64,000 nt of DNA from an uncultured Verrucomicrobiae bacterium (GTDB taxonomy: Bacteria > Chlamydiota > Chlamydiia > Chlamydiales > Rhabdochlamydiaceae): NCBI GenBank assembly GCA_963806855.1, contig CAWDYW010000001.1, positions 224,001 to 288,000 on the forward strand, given 5' to 3'. Made by a program: the position numbers and the translations under genes. Each line of letters begins with the position of its first letter. Within the stretch, counting starts at the first letter, position 1. Positions 58,256-64,000 of this stretch are shown here, piece by piece. The notes below the pieces were generated by a model. It was not told where the DNA came from. It searched no databases and saw nothing but the letters and a program-made list of their open reading frames with translations.

Positions 58256-59152
58256 ATGTTTAAGAAATTGTACCGCAGATTTGGCCCAAATCCCCTGGAT
58301 CGGCTACTCAAAGGGGCCCAAAAGCGCAATCAAAAGCAGATTCTTCTGTTTTGGAATCGGGGCCTTGGCGACATCGCGCTTGGCCTCTTTGCGATTGTTC
58401 ATCGGATTCGGGAGTTTATTCCTGATGCGAAGATCACCTTTTTGACAAGACCGAATTTGCGCGATGGATTTCTCCTTCTCGGCGGTGTTGAGATCCTTGT
58501 GGCGCCTGAGCTCAAGCGGAGCGATAAAATTCAGATGCAAGAGCTATTGCGCTCGATCGGCTCTGATCCGGCTCAATTTGATCTGATCATCGACAATCCT
58601 GATCCGAGCTATTGGGTCAAGTGGCAACTGGGGAAATTGACGCCGCGGCTCCATTGGCAACAAGAGTGGGATAAGCTCTGCGATAAATTTAATCTCGATC
58701 CCAAAGAGACCTACGTCGGGGCGCATGTCCAGACCGAAACTAACTATGCCCACTGGCGCAATTGGCCGGTCGAATCGTGGACTGCCCTCTTTGAAAAAAT
58801 CACCAGCAGCGGGAAAAAGGTATTGCTCTTTGGATTTGAAAATGAGCCGCAATTTGAGATCCCTGGTGTCATCGATTTGCGCGGCAAGACGCCTCTGTTT
58901 GAACTTCTCTCGATCATTAAAAATCGGTGTAGCGCCCTCGTCGTGCCCGATTCGGGAGTCAGCAGCATGGTCTATTTTCTTAATGAAACGTTTCCGATCA
59001 AGCACATCTCTCTTTGGGCCGAACCAAATATGGGGATCTTGAAGCAGAATGTCGCATCGCCAAATCCCAATCTGAAACACATTCCGCTTCTTGGCAAAGA
59101 CAAAAACATCGCCAACATCACGGTGGAAGAGGTCTATGGACACCTATCTTGA
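58256..59152 (+). CDS. GT9-family glycosyltransferase
   Basis: RGLGDI, RNWPVESW, DLRGKTPL, PDSG. Confidence 0.75.
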   Translation: MFKKLYRRFGPNPLDRLLKGAQKRNQKQILLFWNRGLGDIALGLFAIVHRIREFIPDAKITFLTRPNLRDGFLLLGGVEILVAPELKRSDKIQMQELLRSIGSDPAQFDLIIDNPDPSYWVKWQLGKLTPRLHWQQEWDKLCDKFNLDPKETYVGAHVQTETNYAHWRNWPVESWTALFEKITSSGKKVLLFGFENEPQFEIPGVIDLRGKTPLFELLSIIKNRCSALVVPDSGVSSMVYFLNETFPIKHISLWAEPNMGILKQNVASPNPNLKHIPLLGKDKNIANITVEEVYGHLS

Positions 59153-60032
59153 AATTGGCAATGCCGAGGAGATCGCCTTAGGTCACGCGCTGATCGGGGC
59201 GGGGAAAGTGGGCTGCATTGTTCTGGCTGGGGGCGATGGAAGTCGGCTCGGGTGGGAGGGGCCCAAGGGGACATTCCCGATCTGGAATGGGAAGACCCTT
59301 TTCCAAATTCTCGAAGAGAGGGTTGCGGCGGCCTCGAAGCATTATGGGTGGAAGCTCAAACTGGCGGTCATGACCTCGCCTCTCAATCACCACCTCACCA
59401 CACAGGCTTTCTCGAGCGAGGTCGATCTCTTCCCTCAGGAGACGCTTCCGCTGCTCGACTCGGAAGGAAAACCGCTTGAGGAATGTAGACCCAATGGCAA
59501 TGGAGAGGCGTTAAAGTGCTTTTACCGCTCGGGGGTATTTGAAAAGTGGCGAAACAGCGGCGTCGAATTTGTCCAAGTGATTTTGGTCGATAACCTGCTG
59601 GCGGATCCTTTTGATCCCAATCTGATTGGGATTCATGCGAAGAGGCAAGCTGAGGTGTGCATCAAAGTTGTCCATCGCACCGGCCCGGAAGAAAAGGTGG
59701 GGGTTGTGGGGAAAAAAGGGGGCAAGATCTGCGTGATCGAATACAGTGAAAAGCCTCCGCAAGAATGGAATTTGGCGAGCATTGGTCTTTTCTCATTTAG
59801 CATGGACTTCATCGAGAAAGTGAAAGAGGTAGAGCTCCCCGTTCATGCTGTGACCCGCACTTTCCAAGGCAAGCCCGTGATCAAGCGGGAGTATTTTCTT
59901 TTCGACGTTCTCCCTTACTCGGAGAAAACGGAAGTTATTCTCTATCCTCGCGAAAAGACTTTCGCCCCACTCAAAACCCCGGAAGATCTCCCTATCGTTT
60001 CAGCGCTTTTTGAAAAATATCGGCAAGAGTGA
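59136..60032 (+). CDS. UDPGP-family uridylyltransferase (UDP-GlcNAc pyrophosphorylase type)
   Basis: LAGGDGSRLG..PKG, PNGNG, VDN, IEYSE, FAPLK. Confidence 0.85.
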   Translation: MDTYLEIGNAEEIALGHALIGAGKVGCIVLAGGDGSRLGWEGPKGTFPIWNGKTLFQILEERVAAASKHYGWKLKLAVMTSPLNHHLTTQAFSSEVDLFPQETLPLLDSEGKPLEECRPNGNGEALKCFYRSGVFEKWRNSGVEFVQVILVDNLLADPFDPNLIGIHAKRQAEVCIKVVHRTGPEEKVGVVGKKGGKICVIEYSEKPPQEWNLASIGLFSFSMDFIEKVKEVELPVHAVTRTFQGKPVIKREYFLFDVLPYSEKTEVILYPREKTFAPLKTPEDLPIVSALFEKYRQE

Positions 60033-60674
60033 GAAGAATGCTAGCGCTAGCAGTAAGAGAATCACTTGCCAGCTCAAGAGAGAGCCGATTGTAATATCCT
60101 GTCCCGATTTTAATAACGTCCCTAATTCAGTTCCGATTTCAACAAAAATCACCACAGGGATGATGTTGCCGACGAAGGTAGTCCAGGCAAAGGTCCAAAA
60201 CGGGACCCCAAAAAAAGCGCAGGCGAGGTTGACCAGCCAAAAGGGAGAAAAGGGGAGGAGGCGTAAAAAGAGCAGATAGTTGATCGAGCTCTTCTCAAAC
60301 TCTTGTTCAATTTTTTTCAAGGTGGTGCCCGCTCTATTCAGGTAGAGCGCATGCAGTGGACCTCTGACGAGCAAAAAAAGGATGCAGGCGCCAACGGTTG
60401 ATCCAACTAAGATGCACAGCTCGCTCACCGGATGATGGAAAAAAAACCCGCCTGCGATCGAGAGAAATATGCCAACTGGCAGGAACAAAATCACCGACAC
60501 CGCATATAGAGCCGTGAAGAGAAGCGGAGAGAGGACCGGATGGCTCGCGACAAACTGTATGAGCTCTGGTTCAAACTTTTTGATCGTGGTAAAAGAGAAG
60601 TATTTGGTCATCCCCAAAAGAAAAAAGGCGATCAATGCAATCGCAATGATGATGAGGGGCACCCATTTTTTCAT
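60000..60674 (-). CDS. DedA/VTT (TVP38/TMEM64) membrane protein
   Basis: LFLRLLPFSPFWLVN motif. Confidence 0.85.
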   Translation of the reverse strand: MKKWVPLIIIAIALIAFFLLGMTKYFSFTTIKKFEPELIQFVASHPVLSPLLFTALYAVSVILFLPVGIFLSIAGGFFFHHPVSELCILVGSTVGACILFLLVRGPLHALYLNRAGTTLKKIEQEFEKSSINYLLFLRLLPFSPFWLVNLACAFFGVPFWTFAWTTFVGNIIPVVIFVEIGTELGTLLKSGQDITIGSLLSWQVILLLLALAFFSLLPIFFKKR

Positions 60675-61792
60675 CCTACGTGGCCTCTAAAAATGAGACC
60701 AAAACCGAGAAAGACGAGGCTGTACCCACCGATGAGTGCATGGGAAACACAGCAGCCAACTAGCGACCCTTGCCGGGCATAGAGCCAGCCCCAGAGAAGA
60801 CCTCCTCCAAACGATGCGATTGCGAAAATAGGCGAGAGAAATACGTGAAAGCTGGAAAAAATCAAGTCGGCGAGGAGAATCGACCAAAGCACTGTATGGC
60901 GTCCTGAAAGGGAGAATTTGACGCAAGTCTGAGCAATTCCGCGGGCGATGAATTCTTGGAGAGGGGTAAATAGCATATAGATTAAACCAGGCAGCAGCGA
61001 ATATGGATTAGCGATATTGAGGCTGAAGACTGCGTGATTTTGAAATGAAGGGGAATAGTTGACCAGCCATAGTTTCAATAGGGTGGCTCCGATCAACAAA
61101 GGGAGGGAAAAGAGAAATCCTTCCCAAGCATTTTTTTTCCAATTATAGAGGGTCAATCCATAGAAGCTGCGAGGGTAGGCGCTATTTTTGACTTGGAAGA
61201 TACAGATTAGGAAAATTACAAAAATCACTGGGATAGAAATGATGGCGCTATTTTTGACAATGGCCTCATATTTAATCACGATGGTGGAAGCGAAAATCCA
61301 TCCTGATAAAATCAGTAAAACTCTAAATAGAAACCCTCCCATTTCTACCCGCATTTTGGCCCCTTCAAGTTCAGCCTGCAACGCCTTGACGGTCGATTCA
61401 TTAGTGCTTCGAAGCCTCTTTGTGAGCTGCTTGGAGATATTTGGGACAATTTGGGGGAAGGTGGGTAATTTCGAAAGAGGGATTTTGAGAAATTTGGACT
61501 CTTCCAAGGCCAGGATCGAAGCAGAGCGTGGAGAATGATCGATTAGAGACATCTCTCCGATCACTTCCCCAGGATTTAAACTGGTGATCTGATGCTCTCC
61601 TTTGACAACTCCCACTTTGCCGCTGAGCAGAAGAAAGATATCTTCTCCCACTTCTTTCTCGCGAAGGAGGAAGGCTCCTTTGGGGATTGTGACTTCTTGG
61701 GTGATCGTTAAAATTTGCCCAATTTGCTCGTCTTGGAGGTTTTGGAACAAATAGTTGACTTTCAGTAGATTAAATTTTTCTTGCTCAATCAT
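60671..61792 (-). CDS. cNMP-binding domain + CPBP (CAAX/Abi) membrane protease fusion
   Basis: GEMSLIDHSPRSAS phosphate-binding cassette, QEFIARG, FSSFH, WGWLYAR..SL..SH. Confidence 0.8.
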   Translation of the reverse strand: MIEQEKFNLLKVNYLFQNLQDEQIGQILTITQEVTIPKGAFLLREKEVGEDIFLLLSGKVGVVKGEHQITSLNPGEVIGEMSLIDHSPRSASILALEESKFLKIPLSKLPTFPQIVPNISKQLTKRLRSTNESTVKALQAELEGAKMRVEMGGFLFRVLLILSGWIFASTIVIKYEAIVKNSAIISIPVIFVIFLICIFQVKNSAYPRSFYGLTLYNWKKNAWEGFLFSLPLLIGATLLKLWLVNYSPSFQNHAVFSLNIANPYSLLPGLIYMLFTPLQEFIARGIAQTCVKFSLSGRHTVLWSILLADLIFSSFHVFLSPIFAIASFGGGLLWGWLYARQGSLVGCCVSHALIGGYSLVFLGFGLIFRGHVG

Positions 61793-61836
61793 GGTATCCT
61801 CATTTAGTCTATAGCAAAAGGGGGGTAATTTTGGCG

Positions 61837-62415
61837 ATGAAAAACGAGTGGTTATTTATTCCTAATATCATCGGCTACGTGCGGGTCGTTTTATTGATCT
61901 TGTTTTTTGTCATCGAGGATCCTCTCACTAAGGTGATTCTCATGGCCATCAATCTAGTACTCGATGTGTTTGACGGCAAGATTGCCCGGCTACTCAATCA
62001 GACTTCGCTTCTTGGCGCTAGGTTCGATCTATTGATCGACATGGTTTCCTTAAGCGCCCTTTCTTTTTATGTAGCCTTCCTATCGAAAAACCTGTTGTTT
62101 GTCTTGTGCGGCATCAACGATCTCATCAGTTATGCCTTATCGATCATCATTTTTTATGGTAAGCAGCAGCAGATGAATCACAAATCTGAAATCGGCAAAA
62201 AGGGATTTTTGCTCCCAATCTACTATTCGGCTTGGGGCTTGGCGCTATCTAATGTTTTGCACGACGCCTATTTACTGAAGTTTGTCTATTGGCCGCTCGC
62301 ACTCCAATTCTTAGTGCCGATCTGCCTCGCCGGCTTTCTATTTCGGCAGCTCTGTGTCGCTGAACAGACGGTCCGTCTCTTGCGCAAGCTCAGGGCTTTG
62401 CAATCCTCTCTCTAA
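61837..62415 (+). CDS. CDP-alcohol phosphatidyltransferase, eukaryotic PI-synthase-like
   Basis: LFIPNIIGYVR, DVFDGKIARLLNQTSLLGARFDLLID, NHK...LLPIYY. Confidence 0.78.
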   Translation: MKNEWLFIPNIIGYVRVVLLILFFVIEDPLTKVILMAINLVLDVFDGKIARLLNQTSLLGARFDLLIDMVSLSALSFYVAFLSKNLLFVLCGINDLISYALSIIIFYGKQQQMNHKSEIGKKGFLLPIYYSAWGLALSNVLHDAYLLKFVYWPLALQFLVPICLAGFLFRQLCVAEQTVRLLRKLRALQSSL

Positions 62416-63669
62416 CTCTTCTAATGAATAGCGCCCTGTTTCAGGCAGCCATTTGTAGCAGAATAGGAAACTGAGCAGCCCGAGGAAGGCATAGCAGAGA
62501 AATGTGCTGCTTGGGCCGATCGCATTGAGCAGACTTAAAAATGTGAGCGACATCAAGAGATTCGATCCCCAGTTGGCTCCGCTGGCGATCCCCATGGCCA
62601 GGCCGCGGATATTTAGAGGATAAATTTCGGCGATCACAATCCAGAAAATGCAGCCGATGCTCGCCGCATAGAAAGCGACAAAGGTAAATAGACTGCTCAG
62701 CATGATCATGGGTTGCTTCGTTAGGCCTAAAAGAAATAAGCTCACCGTCATTCCGGCAAGCCCAATCAACAATAATTTCCGCCTGCCCATTTTGTCGACG
62801 CGGAGCATCACCACAATGGTCATCAAGAAATTAATCAGTCCGACAGCCGCGGTCAGGAGCATGATATTTTGAAAGCCAAACCGCTGGAAAATCAGGGGGG
62901 CGTAGTAGAGAATGGTGTTGATCCCGGTCACTTGCTGAATGGCGGCTAGGACGATGCCGATGATGATGAGTTTTTTGGTTTTAGGTTGGAAAAGTTCTTT
63001 CCAGTATGGCTGAGGCTGCTTGATTGCCTCTTTGATCAACTGGAATTCTTGCTCAGCTTCTTCTCCACGAATCTGCCTCAGCACAGCGGCGGCCTGCGCG
63101 AAATCCCCCTTTTTGATGAGCCAGCGGGGGGATTCAGGCAAATAACGGATCCCAATCATCAGAGCGGCTGCGGGAAAGAACCCGATACCAAGCATCCAGC
63201 GCCAATCTTCGCTCGGGCTCAAAAAGCAGCTGGTGATATAGGAGATCAAAATTCCTCCTGTGACGGCGATGGTGTTGATTGCGACGAGCCCTCCTCGAAA
63301 ACGAGCAGGCGAGAGCTCAGAGATGTATAGCGGGACAACGTAGCAGGCGATCCCTATGGCGAGCCCCACGGTGAATCTGCCGAGCAGTAACAGGGGGAGG
63401 GTGGGGGCGAGGGCACAGCAGAGGGTGCTGATCATAAAAATAAAGGCGTTGATCCCGATCGCCCGTCGTCTGCCCATTTGGTTGACGAGCTTGCCGCTCA
63501 AGAGCGAGCCAATCAATGCGCCCAGAAGGACGATGCTGACGACCACTTCGGTCATCCAAGTAGTTAAGCCGAAGTTCTCTTGAATGAAGAGAATAGCGCC
63601 GGAAATGATCCCCGTATCGAATCCAAAAAGAAGGCCGGCGATGGCTGCAATACTTGCAATTTTCTTCAT
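62338..63669 (-). CDS. Sugar porter MFS (GalP/inositol-transporter-like)
   Basis: GLLFGFDTG, GRR, YISELSP..RG, PESPRWL, QQVTGINTILYY, PET. Confidence 0.92.
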   Translation of the reverse strand: MKKIASIAAIAGLLFGFDTGIISGAILFIQENFGLTTWMTEVVVSIVLLGALIGSLLSGKLVNQMGRRRAIGINAFIFMISTLCCALAPTLPLLLLGRFTVGLAIGIACYVVPLYISELSPARFRGGLVAINTIAVTGGILISYITSCFLSPSEDWRWMLGIGFFPAAALMIGIRYLPESPRWLIKKGDFAQAAAVLRQIRGEEAEQEFQLIKEAIKQPQPYWKELFQPKTKKLIIIGIVLAAIQQVTGINTILYYAPLIFQRFGFQNIMLLTAAVGLINFLMTIVVMLRVDKMGRRKLLLIGLAGMTVSLFLLGLTKQPMIMLSSLFTFVAFYAASIGCIFWIVIAEIYPLNIRGLAMGIASGANWGSNLLMSLTFLSLLNAIGPSSTFLCYAFLGLLSFLFCYKWLPETGRYSLEELERGLQSPELAQETDRLFSDTELPK

Positions 63670-63741
63670 TTAAAATGAGTCTAGTAGGTCAAAAAGAAAT
63701 ATGCAAGGGCTGAAAATTTCTGAATCTGATAAAATGAATCC

Positions 63742-64000
63742 ATGAAAATAGCCTATCTCGGATCAGGAACTTGGGGATTTACTTTAGCTGCTCTTTTAGC
63801 AGACAACGGCCATCATGTATGGCTCTGGTCTTCCAAGCCTGAATTTGTCGAATTGTTGAAAAAGACCAGGCAGCATCCCAAGCTCCCCAAATGCACAGTC
63901 AGCGATCGACTCTATTTCACAGCCGATATGAGAGAGGCGCTCGATGAGGCCGATTATGTGATCGAGTCGGTCACTTCGACCGGTTTTCGCCCAGTTCTGG
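63742..64000 (+). CDS. gpsA: NAD(P)H-dependent glycerol-3-phosphate dehydrogenase (5' part only)
   Basis: Own translation MKIAYLGSGTWGFTLAALLADNGHHVWLWS..., open to the window end. Confidence 0.85.
   Translation, partial: MKIAYLGSGTWGFTLAALLADNGHHVWLWSSKPEFVELLKKTRQHPKLPKCTVSDRLYFTADMREALDEADYVIESVTSTGFRPVL

Overview
Chromosomal segment of an environmental member of Chlamydiota, inferred from gene content and order: tol-pal, sdhCAB with a long SdhC, mnmG-lplA, chlamydial pseudopilins, glgC, lipA-lpdA, secA, psd, nth-mnmE, ruvAC, waaF and gpsA. Core housekeeping blocks alternate with AT-rich accessory inserts. The main structure is at 15.3-18.2 kb, where three accessory gene cassettes lie in tandem directly behind sdhB and each is closed by a copy of the sdhB 3' end (core TCAAGACAGAAGACGYTTAA, 4 copies). 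Two unrelated cassettes also share a further ~42-nt tail, and no integrase is visible. A similar gene-end duplication (58 nt of a glycosyltransferase 5' end) occurs at 3.57/3.78 kb. The array carries a duplicated ORF pair and a Tgl-like transglutaminase candidate, and is followed by an intact IS605-family element (TnpA+TnpB) and a RING-TM candidate effector. Other notable items: a eukaryote-type phosphatidylinositol-synthase-like gene beside a sugar porter and gpsA, a cNMP-CPBP protease fusion, three related Inc-like proteins, a TetR/outer-membrane-protein module with two readable operators, and TA-like modules. tatD, mnmG and especially secA carry frameshifts that are most likely consensus errors. 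No rRNA, tRNA or CRISPR array was recognised.
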